Source: Hyphomicrobiales bacterium
GTDB lineage: Bacteria; Pseudomonadota; Alphaproteobacteria; Rhodospirillales; JACKKN01
NCBI GenBank assembly: GCA_024236415.1
Contig: JACKKN010000008.1
Span: 1-64,000 of the forward strand
DNA length: 64,000 nt
Reading direction: 5' to 3'
In this document: piece after piece, positions 17,092 through 27,402 of the stretch
Numbering within the stretch: position 1 is the stretch's first letter
Layout: each line of letters opens with the position of its first letter
Notes under the pieces: model-generated
Told to the model about the DNA's origin: nothing
Seen by the model: only the letters and a program-made list of their open reading frames with translations
Database searches by the model: none
Position numbers and translations under genes: made by a program

Positions 17092-18321
17092 CTAGGCGTT
17101 GCCGGCGGGCGGCTTGAGGAAGGCCGCCAGCACCACGGCCAGGGCCGTCAGCCCGGCGGCCAGGCCGTAGGCCGGGGCGAAGCTGCCCAGTGCCTCGGCC
17201 AGGGCCCCGGCGCTGAGCGGACCCGCCACCTGGCCGACGGCGAAGAAGAGGGTGATGAAGGACAGCCCGGCGGCGGCGCGCAGGGGGCCCAGGTAGTCCC
17301 CGGCGGCGGCGCTGGCGATGGTCGGCACGCTCCAGGCGGCGATGCCGAACAGGCCGATGGACAGGTACAGCAGCGGCTCGCCCGGCTCCAGGGCCGCCAG
17401 CAGGAAGGCCGCGGTCAGCACCGAGAAGGCGGCCATCAGCCCGCCGCGGCGGCCGATGCGGTCCGACAGGGCGCCGAACGAGGCGCCCGAGAATATGCTC
17501 AGGAAACCGATCCAGGCCCACAGGGTGCCGGCGATGTCGGCTGGGTAGCGGTAGGCGTCCACCAGGGTGGTGACGATGAAGGTGCCATAGATGATGTAGG
17601 TGGCGCCGAACAGGGCGTAGACCAAGCCCAGGTGGACCAGCAGGCGCCGCTCGGCCGCCCGCGACGGGGCCGGTTTCGCGGCGGTGGCCGCGGCCAGAGG
17701 CCCCGCGCCCACGGGGCGCAGGCCCAGGTCCGCCGGGTCGTTGCGCAGCAGGGTCCCGGCCACCAGGGCGACCCCCGCCGTCAGCCCGGCCAGGATCAGC
17801 CAGCTCGCCCGCCACACTTCGCCCACCCCGGCGTCCTCCAGCAGCGGCACCAGGACCCCCGACAGGATGATGCCGACCCCATTGCCGCCCAGGACGATGC
17901 CGGCGGCGCGGCCGCGCATGGACGGCGCGAACCAGCGCGAGATCAGGGCCACCATGGTGATGTTGGCCATGCCGCTGCCGACCCCGGTGACCGTATAGAG
18001 GGCCAGCACCGGCCAGAACCCGGTGCCCCGTGACAGCCCGGCCAGGCTGGCGGCGATCAGCGCCAGGCCGGCGGCCACCAGGACGCGGCTGCCGACCCGC
18101 CCCAGCAGGAACGGGATGGCCACCACGACCGCCAGGTAGCCGACGAAATAGCCGGTGCCGATGGCGCCGCCGTCGGCGTAGGACAGGGCCAGGTCGGCGC
18201 TCATGGACGGCAGCAGCATGCCGTAGGCGAACCGCGCCAGCCCCAGGCAGGCGAACAGCACCAGCGACCCGCAGGCAACGACCACCCAGCCGTAATGCAG
18301 CCTTCCCCGCGGGCGATCCAT
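17092..18321 (-). CDS. MFS transporter
   Basis: 12 predicted TM helices and an MFS loop motif (GRVGSRVLVAAG). Convergent with pepA with only a 3-nt gap. Start could be 18321 (MDRPRG) or 18357. Confidence 0.75.
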   Translation of the reverse strand: MDRPRGRLHYGWVVVACGSLVLFACLGLARFAYGMLLPSMSADLALSYADGGAIGTGYFVGYLAVVVAIPFLLGRVGSRVLVAAGLALIAASLAGLSRGTGFWPVLALYTVTGVGSGMANITMVALISRWFAPSMRGRAAGIVLGGNGVGIILSGVLVPLLEDAGVGEVWRASWLILAGLTAGVALVAGTLLRNDPADLGLRPVGAGPLAAATAAKPAPSRAAERRLLVHLGLVYALFGATYIIYGTFIVTTLVDAYRYPADIAGTLWAWIGFLSIFSGASFGALSDRIGRRGGLMAAFSVLTAAFLLAALEPGEPLLYLSIGLFGIAAWSVPTIASAAAGDYLGPLRAAAGLSFITLFFAVGQVAGPLSAGALAEALGSFAPAYGLAAGLTALAVVLAAFLKPPAGNA

Positions 18322-18441
18322 GGCTCCGTTCCCCTCCCCTGGCGCGGCCGGCACCACGCAGCGATTTTTCTACCACGCCACGGTGGCGATCGGGCTAAAA
18401 TCCCGGCCCAGACCCGCCGTTTTCCATGCCGGGAGTGATCC

Positions 18442-18891
18442 GTGACCGAGGTCTCCTTCTACCACCTGCAGCGCTGGCCCCTGGAGCGGGCCCTGCCCAA
18501 GCTGCTGGAAAAGACCCTGCAGGCCGGCAAGCGGGCGGTGGTCATGGCCGCGTCCGACGAGCGGGTGGAATACCTGAACGGCTTCCTGTGGACCTACGAC
18601 CCCAACGCGTGGCTGCCCCACGGCAGCCGCCGCGAGGGCCAGCCGGCGGAGCAGCCGGTGTGGCTGACCAGCGCCGACGAGAACCCCAACGGCGCCGCCT
18701 TCCTGTTCCTCACCGACGGCGCCGGGTCGGACCGGGTGGCCGACTACGAGCGCTGCTTCGACCTGTTCGACGGCAACGACGCCGGCGCCGTGCAGGCGGC
18801 GCGCGAACGCTGGAAGGCCTGCAAGGACGCCGGCCACGAGCTGACCTATTGGCAGCAGACCGACCGCGGCGGGTGGGAGCGCAAGGCCTGA
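18442..18891 (+). CDS. holC: DNA polymerase III subunit chi
   Basis: 149 aa. N-terminal VSFYHL...LEKTL and GKRAVV match the HolC family. It sits in the usual pepA neighbourhood. Confidence 0.8.
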   Translation: MTEVSFYHLQRWPLERALPKLLEKTLQAGKRAVVMAASDERVEYLNGFLWTYDPNAWLPHGSRREGQPAEQPVWLTSADENPNGAAFLFLTDGAGSDRVADYERCFDLFDGNDAGAVQAARERWKACKDAGHELTYWQQTDRGGWERKA

Positions 18892-19064
18892 GCCAGGCCA
18901 ATCTTCGACGTCAAGAAGCAGCGGCAACCGACTGAAAAACAGGGATACGATGGCCCGTGCGGGCGGTCCATGGTCGGTGCGGCGCGCCTTTCAGTCTCGC
19001 ATGCGGAAATTCTTAAGATAAATCTTCTCACAATAGGAGAAGCGGATCGGTATCGGAGAATCCC

Positions 19065-20717
19065 ATGCAATTCCTCGTTGGCGCCATAATCCTGTTCGTC
19101 GCGGCCATGATCGTGCCGACGTTCCTGACCCAGAGGTTCCTGAAGATCGCGGTGCGCAGCGCCGGCGTGCTGGCGGCGGTGTTCGCCGTGGCCTCCACGT
19201 CCTTCGTGATCATCGACGCCGACGAGGTCGGCCACCTGAAACGGATCTACGGTGGCGGCCGCCTGGCGGCCGGCAAGGTCCTGGCCGCCGAGGGCGAGAA
19301 CGGGCCCCAGGCCCGGGTCCTGCCGCCCGGGTTCAACTTCGAATTCATGCTGCGCATCTTCAACGAGGTCGAACGCCGGCCGGTGACCGAGGTGCCCGAG
19401 GGCCACTACGGCATCATGGTGGCGCGCGACGGCCGGCCCCTGCGCGAGGGCCAGTTCCTGGCCGACGGCTGGAACGAGACCCAGTTCTCGAACATGCTGA
19501 ACGCCGCCTACTTCCTTAAGAACGGCGGCCAGAAGGGGCCGCAGCTGACCGTGCTGCGCCCCGGCAAGTACCGCCTGAACCGCTACCTGTTCGACGTGGT
19601 GATCGAGAAGGCGACGACCATCCGCGCCGGCGAGGTCGGGGTGGTGCGCTCCAACGTCACCGAGGTCACGGACTGCGCGCCCATCCACGTGGGCAACGCC
19701 GAGGCCCTGGCCGTGCCCCTGGTGCCCAGGGGCTGCAAGGGGGTATGGAACGAGGCCCTGCTGCCCGGCACCTACTACATCAACGACCGCGCCTATGACG
19801 TGACCATCATCAGCACCCGGGTCCAGGCCTGGACCTACAAGGGCGGCTACCTGCGCCGGACCATCGACCTGACCCTGGACCAGAACGGCCGCATCGAGCA
19901 GCGCGAGCGCACCGAATCCGTCGCCGTGCCCAAGGACGCCGCCGATTCGGCCATCCTGACCCGGGTCGAGGGCTGGCTGGTGCCCCTGGAACTGCGCGCC
20001 CTGGTCCAGGTGACGCCCGAGAACGCGCCCATGGTGGTGGCCGCCGTCGGCGGCATCGAGGAGGTGGAGAACCGCATCCTGACCCCGGCCCTGCGCAGCG
20101 TGGTGCGCACCGAGGTGCAGAAACTGAAGGTGTTCGACCTGCTGGACCATCGCCGCGAGCTGGAGGACCAGGTCGAGAAGGTGATCCGGCCCGAGGGCAA
20201 CAAGGCCGGCGTGGCCATCAAGGAGGTCCGCTTCGGCGACCCGGTGATCCCGCCCGAGCTGCTGACCTCGCGCCTGCGCGAGCAGCTGGCGCGGCAGTTG
20301 CAGAAGACCTATGGCGAGGAGAAGAAGGCCCAGGACGAACGCATCCGTACCGAGAAGGCCCGCGCCGAGGCCGACAAGCAGCCCGACCTGGTGGCCGCCG
20401 AGATCGCCGTCAAGGTGGCGGCCCAGGAGAAGGAGGCCCAGAAGCTGCGCGGCGAAGGCCAGAAGCTGGAGCTGCAGCAGGTGGCCGAGGGCCAGCGGGC
20501 CCAGGCCGACGTGCTGGGCGCCGACCGGGTCATGGAGCTGGCGATCCTGGAGAAGGTCCTGGCCAAGGCGGTCGAGAACCCCGAGATCATCAAGGTGCCG
20601 CAGGTGCTGGTGGGCGGCGGCCAGGAGACCGGCCTGGCCGGGGCCGCGGCGATCCTGGGCGCCAGCAACCTGGCCAAGGCCCTCAGTCCCGCCGCGCCGC
20701 CGCCGGCCGGCCGGTGA
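19065..20717 (+). CDS. Flotillin-like SPFH (band 7) domain protein with long EA-rich C-terminal coiled coil
   Basis: N-terminal TM helices, an SPFH domain, then ~200 aa of charged coiled coil (EKKAQDERIRTEKARAEADKQ...). No NfeD partner gene was found. Confidence 0.75.
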   Translation: MQFLVGAIILFVAAMIVPTFLTQRFLKIAVRSAGVLAAVFAVASTSFVIIDADEVGHLKRIYGGGRLAAGKVLAAEGENGPQARVLPPGFNFEFMLRIFNEVERRPVTEVPEGHYGIMVARDGRPLREGQFLADGWNETQFSNMLNAAYFLKNGGQKGPQLTVLRPGKYRLNRYLFDVVIEKATTIRAGEVGVVRSNVTEVTDCAPIHVGNAEALAVPLVPRGCKGVWNEALLPGTYYINDRAYDVTIISTRVQAWTYKGGYLRRTIDLTLDQNGRIEQRERTESVAVPKDAADSAILTRVEGWLVPLELRALVQVTPENAPMVVAAVGGIEEVENRILTPALRSVVRTEVQKLKVFDLLDHRRELEDQVEKVIRPEGNKAGVAIKEVRFGDPVIPPELLTSRLREQLARQLQKTYGEEKKAQDERIRTEKARAEADKQPDLVAAEIAVKVAAQEKEAQKLRGEGQKLELQQVAEGQRAQADVLGADRVMELAILEKVLAKAVENPEIIKVPQVLVGGGQETGLAGAAAILGASNLAKALSPAAPPPAGR

Positions 20718-20735
20718 TCCGCCGGACCGCCGGTG

Positions 20736-21566
20736 TCACTTGATCCCGGCGGTCATGAAGGACTGCATGAACTGGCGCTGGAACAGCAGGAAGGCCACCA
20801 GCAGGGGCGCCACCGACAGCAGGGTGGCGGCCGAGATGATCGACCAGTCGACCCCCGATTCCGGCGCCCCGAACACGCCCAGGCCCACGGTCAGGGGCCG
20901 GGTTTCCAACGAGTTGGTGATCACCAGCGGCCACAGGAAGTTGTTCCAGTGGTGGCTGACCGAGACCAGGCCGTAGGCCAGGTAGGTGGGCCGCGCCAGC
21001 GGCACGTAGACCCGCCACAGCACGCCCAGCACGCCGCAGCCCTCCAGCCGCGCAGCCTCCTCCAGTTCCTTGGGCGTGGACTTGAAGGCCTGGCGCAGCA
21101 GGAAGATGCCGAAGGCCGAGGCCATGTACGGCAGGCCGATGCCGGTGATGGTGTCCACCAGGCCCAGGCGGGCCAGGGTGCCGTAGTTCTCGACGATCAG
21201 GATCTCGGGGGTCACCATCAGCTGCACCAGCACCAGGGCGAAGGCCGCCTCGCGGCCCCAGAAGCGGAACCGGGCGAAGGCATAGGCGGCCAGGGTGCAC
21301 AGCACCAGTTGCGCCGCCAGCAGCATGGTCACCAGGATGAAGGTGTTCAGGCCGTAGCGCAGGAACGGCGCCTGGTCCAGGGCCTGGCGGAAGTTGTCCA
21401 GGGTCAGGGGCGCCGTGGGGTCGAAATGGGTGGCGTAGGCGCCGCCGTGGAAGGCCGCCCACAGGGCGTACAGCAGGGGCGAGATCCAGACCACGGCCAG
21501 CAGCCAGGCGGCGGACACCTCGAGGGCGCCGGCGAACCGGCCGCCTGCGCCCGCCGGCGCCGTCAC
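20736..21566 (-). CDS. ugpE: Carbohydrate/glycerol-3-phosphate ABC transporter permease (UgpE-like)
   Basis: MalG/UgpE-type permease with the EAA loop (ELEEAARLEGCG). Confidence 0.75.
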   Translation of the reverse strand: MTAPAGAGGRFAGALEVSAAWLLAVVWISPLLYALWAAFHGGAYATHFDPTAPLTLDNFRQALDQAPFLRYGLNTFILVTMLLAAQLVLCTLAAYAFARFRFWGREAAFALVLVQLMVTPEILIVENYGTLARLGLVDTITGIGLPYMASAFGIFLLRQAFKSTPKELEEAARLEGCGVLGVLWRVYVPLARPTYLAYGLVSVSHHWNNFLWPLVITNSLETRPLTVGLGVFGAPESGVDWSIISAATLLSVAPLLVAFLLFQRQFMQSFMTAGIK

Positions 21567-22441
21567 CAGTAGTGGATCCGGCGGTCGAGGGCGAAGAACT
21601 GGGCCAGGGCCAGGACCGCCAGCAGGGCCAGCAGGACCACGGTCAGGGTCGCCGCGTAGTTGGTGTCGAAGTAGGAGAAGGCGGATTCGAAGATGTAGTA
21701 CAGCAACAGGTTGCTGGCGTTGTCGGGCCCGCCCTTGGTCAGCACGAACAGGTGGTCCACCAGCTTGAACGAGTTCAGCACCGCGTTGATCAGCACGAAC
21801 AGCGTGGTCGGCATCAGCAGCGGGAACAGCACCCGGCGGAAGTAGGTCCAGCGCGACGCGCCCTCCAGCCGCGCCGCCTCGCCCAGCTCGGGCGGGATGT
21901 TCTGCAACGCCGCCAGGTAGAAGATCATGAAGAACCCGGCCTCCTTCCAGATGGTCATGGCGATGATGGCCGGCAGCACGGTTGCCGTGTCACCCAGCCA
22001 GTTGTGGCCGGGCAGGCCGAACACGGACAGCACCTGGTCGATCAGGCCGATGTCGGGCGTGTAGAAGAACAGCCAGATGTTGGCCACCGCAATCATGGGC
22101 AGGATGGTCGGCGTGAAATAGGCCATGCGCACCAGGGCCCGGCCCGGCAGGGCGCGGTTGACCAGCAGGGCCATGGCGATGGCCAGGGCGACCGAGGCCG
22201 GGATCGTGCCCAGGGCGAACCAGGCGTTGTTGGCCAGCACCTTCCAGAAGATGGGGTCGTCGGCCAACTGGGCGTACTGGCCCAGGCCGACGAAGCGCGA
22301 GGGCCGGATGGCGCTGCCCTTGGAATACAGGCTGTCCAGCACCGTGGCGACGGTGGGGTAGTGGGTGAAGGCGACCAGCAGGATGGCGGCCGGGGTCAGC
22401 AGCAGCCAGCCGTAGACGTGGCGCATGGCGTCGCGCGTCAT
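21563..22441 (-). CDS. ugpA: Carbohydrate/glycerol-3-phosphate ABC transporter permease (UgpA-like)
   Basis: MalF/UgpA-type permease with the EAA loop (ELGEAARLEGAS). Overlaps ugpE by 4 nt. Confidence 0.75.
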   Translation of the reverse strand: MTRDAMRHVYGWLLLTPAAILLVAFTHYPTVATVLDSLYSKGSAIRPSRFVGLGQYAQLADDPIFWKVLANNAWFALGTIPASVALAIAMALLVNRALPGRALVRMAYFTPTILPMIAVANIWLFFYTPDIGLIDQVLSVFGLPGHNWLGDTATVLPAIIAMTIWKEAGFFMIFYLAALQNIPPELGEAARLEGASRWTYFRRVLFPLLMPTTLFVLINAVLNSFKLVDHLFVLTKGGPDNASNLLLYYIFESAFSYFDTNYAATLTVVLLALLAVLALAQFFALDRRIHYW

Positions 22442-22530
22442 CGGTGCCGGGGCCTCCTTGCGGTTGGCGAAATCGCGGGGGAGGGCGAGAGGGCAGGGCC
22501 CTCCCCCGCAGTGGGGCGCTCCTGATCGCC

Positions 22531-23811
22531 CTACATGTACGGCTTCAGGAAGCGTTCGGCCGTGGCCTGGGCTTCCTTCAGCGCCGCCTCCGGCGTCTTG
22601 GCGCCGGTCAGGGCGGCCTGGATGGCGTCATCCAGGGCCTTGCGCACGCGGCCGGTCTGGAACGTGGACAGCTCGGCCGTGGCGTACTTGAGCTGGTCGC
22701 GGGCCACCGCGGCGTAGGGGAAGGTCTTGACGTAGTCCTTCAGGGCGGCGGTCTCGTAGGCCGCCGGGCTGACCCCCATGTAGCCGGTGGCCATGGACCA
22801 CTGGGCGGCGCGCTCGGGGCTGGTCATGAAGCGGATAAGCTTCATGGCCGCCGTGCGCTCGGCCGGGGTGGTCTTCTTGAAGATGTAAAAGTTGCCGCCG
22901 CCGGTCGGCGTGCCGCGGCGCTTGTTGGCCGGCAGCATGGCGACGCCGAAGTCGAAGGTGGCGCCCTTCTTCACCGCCGTCAGGTTGCCGGTGGAGTGCC
23001 ACATGATGGCGGTCTTGCCCTCCAGGAAGTTCTTGCGCAGGGTGCCCCACTCGATGGTGCCCTCGGGCATCACGTGGTGCTTGCTGCCCAGGTCCTTCCA
23101 GAACCGCAGGGCGCCGACCGTGGCCGGGGCGTCGAAATAGGTCTCGTTGCCGGCGCCGTTCATCAGCACCTGGTCGTTCTGCATGGCCAGGGCGCCGAAC
23201 ATCCAGTACGGGTAGCCCGTGGACGGGATCATCAGGCCCCACTGCGACCCGTCGGCCTTGGTCAGCTTGCCGGCCGCCGCCACCAGGTCGTCCCAGGTGG
23301 CCGGCGCCTTTTCGGGGTCCAGCCCGGCGGCGCGGAACATGTCCTTGTTGTAGTACATGACGATGGTCGAGCGCTGGAACGGGATGCCCCAGGTCTTGCC
23401 GGCGGTGCGGCCGTTCTGCATCAGGGTCGGATAGAAGGAGTCGAGCCAGGCCTTCTCCTCGTCGGTTTTGACGATGTCGTCGAAGGCGACGATGGCGTCC
23501 TGCTCGATCAGCTCGTAGATGTCGATGGAGAACATGACCGACAGCTGCGCCGGCTGGCCGCTCTTCAGGGCGGCCAGCGCCTTGATGCGGGCGTCGTTGT
23601 AGTTGCCGGCATAGATGGCGTTGACGTCGATGTCCGGGTTGGCCTTCTCGAAGTCGGCCACCATGCCGTCGACGATCTTGGTCAGCGGGCCGCCCACGGC
23701 CACCGGATAGTACATGGTCAGTTCGGTCTTGGCGTCGGCGGCGGCGGACATGCCGGCCAGGGCCGCCGCCACGCCGGCGCCCAACAGCGCCTTCTTCACA
23801 GCGTGAAACAT
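22531..23811 (-). CDS. ugpB: ABC transporter extracellular solute-binding protein (family 1, UgpB-like)
   Basis: Signal peptide followed by an SBP_bac_1 fold. Operon context with permeases and an ATPase. Confidence 0.75.
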   Translation of the reverse strand: MFHAVKKALLGAGVAAALAGMSAAADAKTELTMYYPVAVGGPLTKIVDGMVADFEKANPDIDVNAIYAGNYNDARIKALAALKSGQPAQLSVMFSIDIYELIEQDAIVAFDDIVKTDEEKAWLDSFYPTLMQNGRTAGKTWGIPFQRSTIVMYYNKDMFRAAGLDPEKAPATWDDLVAAAGKLTKADGSQWGLMIPSTGYPYWMFGALAMQNDQVLMNGAGNETYFDAPATVGALRFWKDLGSKHHVMPEGTIEWGTLRKNFLEGKTAIMWHSTGNLTAVKKGATFDFGVAMLPANKRRGTPTGGGNFYIFKKTTPAERTAAMKLIRFMTSPERAAQWSMATGYMGVSPAAYETAALKDYVKTFPYAAVARDQLKYATAELSTFQTGRVRKALDDAIQAALTGAKTPEAALKEAQATAERFLKPYM

Positions 23812-23897
23812 GGGTTACACTCCCTCTTGTCTGGGCTCCATTCAGTTGGGCGGGGTTCTCCCCGTCCCGCTCGGACAGCCCGGCCGGCGCGGCAACG

Positions 23898-24950
23898 CTA
23901 GCCGGGCAGGGGCGGGGCGGTTATCCGGCCGTCCCGCCTTATTCCCTTGTCGTCGAACACGTGCACCCGGCCGCGCGGCCAGGCCGCCACCACGGTGGCG
24001 CCGGGATCGAGGCGCAGGCGCCCTTCGCGGCGGGCCATCAGGGTCTCGCCGTTGCGGTGCAGGCGCACCACGGTCTCGGCGCCCAGGTAGTCCACCGCCG
24101 CCACGGTCGCCGCCAGGCCGCCGCCCTCGCCGCAGCCTTCCAGGTCCACGTGCTCGGGCCGCACCCCGACCCAGCCGCCGCCGGCGCCGCCGCCCAGGTC
24201 CGGCGGCAGGCGGTCGCGGCGCAGGATGTTCATGGGCGGCATGCCGATGAATCGCGCGGCGAAGGCCGTGGCCGGGCGTTCGTACAGGTCCGCCGGCGGG
24301 CCGGCCTGCACCACCCGGCCGTCGCGCAGCAGCACCACCTGGTCGGCCATGGTCATGGCCTCGGTCTGGTCGTGGGTGACGTAGACCATGGTCAGGCCCA
24401 GGCGCCGCTGCAGGTCGCGGATCTCGTCGCGCATTTCGGCCCGCAGCTTGGCGTCCAGGTTGCTCAGCGGCTCGTCCATCAGGCACACGGGCTGTTCCGA
24501 CACGATGGCCCGGGCCAGGGCCACGCGCTGGCGCTGGCCGCCGGAAAGCTGCGCCGGCTTGCGTTCCAGCAGGTCCGCCAGGCCGACCAGGGCGGCGGCC
24601 CGGTCCAGGCGCCGGCGCCGCTCGTCCGCCGCCACCCGGCGCACCCTGAGCCCGAACAGGATGTTCTCGCGCACGCTCAGGTGCGGGAACAGGGCATAGG
24701 ACTGGAACACCATGGACACGCCGCGCCGCGCGGCGTCGGTGCGGCCGACGTCGCGGCCGCCGATGCGGGTGCTGCCCGCGGTGGCCTCCTCCAGCCCGGC
24801 GATCAGCCGCAGGATGGTGGACTTGCCACAGCCCGACGGCCCCAGCAGCACCGTCAGGGCGCCCTCGGGCACCTGGAACGAAACCCCGTCCACGGCCCGC
24901 TGTTCGCCCCAGGCCTTGACCAGGTTCTCGACCTCGATGCCGCTCATCAC
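23898..24950 (-). CDS. ugpC: ABC transporter ATP-binding protein (UgpC/MalK-like) with C-terminal TOBE domain
   Basis: Walker A GPSGCGKST, signature LSGGQRQRVALAR, Walker B LMDEPLSNLD. Confidence 0.85.
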   Translation of the reverse strand: MMSGIEVENLVKAWGEQRAVDGVSFQVPEGALTVLLGPSGCGKSTILRLIAGLEEATAGSTRIGGRDVGRTDAARRGVSMVFQSYALFPHLSVRENILFGLRVRRVAADERRRRLDRAAALVGLADLLERKPAQLSGGQRQRVALARAIVSEQPVCLMDEPLSNLDAKLRAEMRDEIRDLQRRLGLTMVYVTHDQTEAMTMADQVVLLRDGRVVQAGPPADLYERPATAFAARFIGMPPMNILRRDRLPPDLGGGAGGGWVGVRPEHVDLEGCGEGGGLAATVAAVDYLGAETVVRLHRNGETLMARREGRLRLDPGATVVAAWPRGRVHVFDDKGIRRDGRITAPPLPG

Positions 24951-25711
24951 CCCTCGCAGACGATCAGCTCGGCGCCGCCGCGGCGCAGCAGGGCGACGAT
25001 GTCGTCGGGCGGGCGGCGGTCGCAGAACACCTTGGTGGCGTCGCCGATGTGGCCGCCGCGCACGTGGGCGCCGCGGCCGAACTTGGTGTGGTCCAGCACC
25101 AGGAACGAGGCGCGGCTGTTGTCGCGGATGGCCTGCCGCGCCCGCACCTCCTCGGGGTAGAAGTCCAGCAGGGTGCCGTCCTCCTCGACGCCGCCCACGC
25201 CGTAGACGCCGATGTCCACCTTGTAGCCGGCGAAGAAGGCCTCGGTGCCGGCGCCCAGGACGTCGCGGTCGCCGTTGCGCAGGTGGCCGCCGGCGATGTG
25301 CACGTCGAAGGTGGGGTTGGCGCAGGCGGTGACCGCCACGTTCAGGTTGTTGGTGAAGATGCGCAGGCCGTCGTGGCCGCCCAGGGCCTGGGCCACCACC
25401 TCGGGCGTGGTGCCGATGCTGAAGGCCAGCGAGGCGCGATTGGGCACGTGGTTGGCGACCTCGCGGGCGATGGCCAGCTTGGCGCCGATGTTCAGGATGC
25501 GCCGCGACGGGTAGGCCAGGTTACCGCCGTCGGCCAGGCGCTCGACCCCGCCGTGGCGCCGCCGCGCCAGGCCGTGGTCGCACAGGGCGTTCAGGTCGCG
25601 GCGGATGGTCTGGGTGGTGACGTTGAACCGGGCGGCCAGTTCCTCGACCCCCAGGAATTCCGATACCCGCACCAGTTCCGCGATCTGGACCTGCCGTTCG
25701 CTGAGTTCCAT
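24947..25711 (-). CDS. DeoR/GlpR family transcriptional regulator
   Basis: N-terminal HTH (RQVQIAELVRVSEFLGVEELAARFNVTTQTIRRDL) and a C-terminal DeoR sugar-binding domain. Overlaps ugpC by 4 nt. Confidence 0.8.
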   Translation of the reverse strand: MELSERQVQIAELVRVSEFLGVEELAARFNVTTQTIRRDLNALCDHGLARRRHGGVERLADGGNLAYPSRRILNIGAKLAIAREVANHVPNRASLAFSIGTTPEVVAQALGGHDGLRIFTNNLNVAVTACANPTFDVHIAGGHLRNGDRDVLGAGTEAFFAGYKVDIGVYGVGGVEEDGTLLDFYPEEVRARQAIRDNSRASFLVLDHTKFGRGAHVRGGHIGDATKVFCDRRPPDDIVALLRRGGAELIVCEG

Positions 25712-25843
25712 GGACGCCCCCTTGGACCTGACCTGTCCTCGGCGCCCTTTAGATCACGCGACCATGACTTTCATATGAAAGAAATGTTGGACCTTTGTGT
25801 TTTCACATGAAGTGGCGCCCGAAAACGGGCCGGGCCGCGGCGG

Positions 25844-27247
25844 TCAGGCGGCGGCGTCCTCGGCGCCGTCCTCGGGCAGGGCCTCGGCGGCGGCCGGGCC
25901 GGACAGGGCCAGGTCCTTGAGGGTGCGCCCGGCCAGGGCGTCTTCCAGGGCCCGGTCGATGCGGCCCACCACGTCCTCCACCCCGGCCTCGCGGGGCAGG
26001 ATGCCGACGCTCAGGTTGGCGTTGGCGTCGGCCATGCGCACGGCGTCCAGCACCTCCTTGACCGTGGTGGCCTCCATGGGCCGCCCCGGCAGGAAGGTGG
26101 TGGGCTCGTCCTTGGTGCGCTTCAGCAGGCCGGCGCCCTCCAGGGCCAGGATCACCACCTCCAGCGCCGTGCCCGGCACCCGCAGGCGGTGCGACAGGGC
26201 CTCCATGGTCCAGGCCGGTCCGTCGCGGTAGTAGTTGTGGCCCACCAGGTACATGACCAGCAGGCCCATCTTCTCCTTGAAGGCGTTGCCCAGGCGCAGG
26301 GGGCCGCGGCGGGTGGCCAGGTATTCCGGGTTCTGGTGGTAGAACGAGATGCTGGCCCCCACCAGCAGGATCAGCCAGCCCACGTACAGCCAGATGATGA
26401 ACAGGATCAGGGTGGCGAAGCCGGAATAGACCGCCGTGTAGTTGGTGGACGACACCACGAAGGACGAGAAGATCCACCCCACCACCTTCCACAGGAAGCC
26501 GGCCACCAGGGCGCCGACGATGGCCGAGGACATGTGCACCCGGGTGTTGGGCATGAACACGTAGATGAAGGTGAAGGCGGCGACGATCAGCAGGTAGGGC
26601 AGCACGACGCCGACCCAGGCCACCACCGAGCCGACGCCCCAGATCTGGGTCAGGAACAGCACCGCCTCGTGGCTGCGCGCCACCGTGGTCGCCGAGGCCG
26701 AGGCCAGCACCAGCAGCGGGCCCACGATCAGCACGCTCAGATAGCCGCTGAACCGCTGGGTGAAGGTGCGGTCCTGGGTCACCTGCCAGATGTGATTGAA
26801 GGCCCCCTCGATCTTCTGCATCATCGACAGCACGGTGAAGATCAGGAAGGCGAGGCCGATGGCCCCCAGGACGCCGACCTTGATGTTCTCGACGAAGGCG
26901 ATGATCTGGTTGGTGATCTCCAGGCTCTTGTCGCCCAGCGGCGCCAGCATTTCCAGCAGGAACGGCTCGACCCGGTTGTGCACGCCGAAACCCTTCAGCA
27001 CCGAGAAGCTGATGGCCAGCAGCGGCACCAGCGACAGCAGGGTGGTGTAGACCAGGCTCATGGCGCGCAGGTTGAGCTGGCCGTCGGCCAGGTCCCGCCC
27101 CACCGCCAGGACGATGCGCAGCAGGTGCAGGGGCCAGGCGTTCCACCACGGCACCAGCGACAGGTCCATCTCCCAGACGGTCCGGGTCAGGAAGACCTTG
27201 GTGTTCGGCCAGGAATATTTCGGGTTGATGCTCACGCGCGGCCCCAT
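25844..27247 (-). CDS. YihY/virulence factor BrkB family inner-membrane protein (long form with C-terminal extension)
   Basis: YihY-family TM core (LSLVPLLAISFSVLKGFG ...) plus a ~170-aa C-terminal soluble extension. Confidence 0.7.
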   Translation of the reverse strand: MGPRVSINPKYSWPNTKVFLTRTVWEMDLSLVPWWNAWPLHLLRIVLAVGRDLADGQLNLRAMSLVYTTLLSLVPLLAISFSVLKGFGVHNRVEPFLLEMLAPLGDKSLEITNQIIAFVENIKVGVLGAIGLAFLIFTVLSMMQKIEGAFNHIWQVTQDRTFTQRFSGYLSVLIVGPLLVLASASATTVARSHEAVLFLTQIWGVGSVVAWVGVVLPYLLIVAAFTFIYVFMPNTRVHMSSAIVGALVAGFLWKVVGWIFSSFVVSSTNYTAVYSGFATLILFIIWLYVGWLILLVGASISFYHQNPEYLATRRGPLRLGNAFKEKMGLLVMYLVGHNYYRDGPAWTMEALSHRLRVPGTALEVVILALEGAGLLKRTKDEPTTFLPGRPMEATTVKEVLDAVRMADANANLSVGILPREAGVEDVVGRIDRALEDALAGRTLKDLALSGPAAAEALPEDGAEDAAA

Positions 27248-27402
27248 GGTCTGCCGGTCTCGCCAATGGTTGGAAATTTAGCCGACTTTTCGGGGACTTG
27301 CCAGCCACGCGCGCGGCCAGGGCGGGGCCGGGGCGGGGAAAGGGGGGACTGCACCTCCGGCGCCGATGTGCTAGAACGCCTCTTCGGCCGAGGAGAGGAT
27401 GC

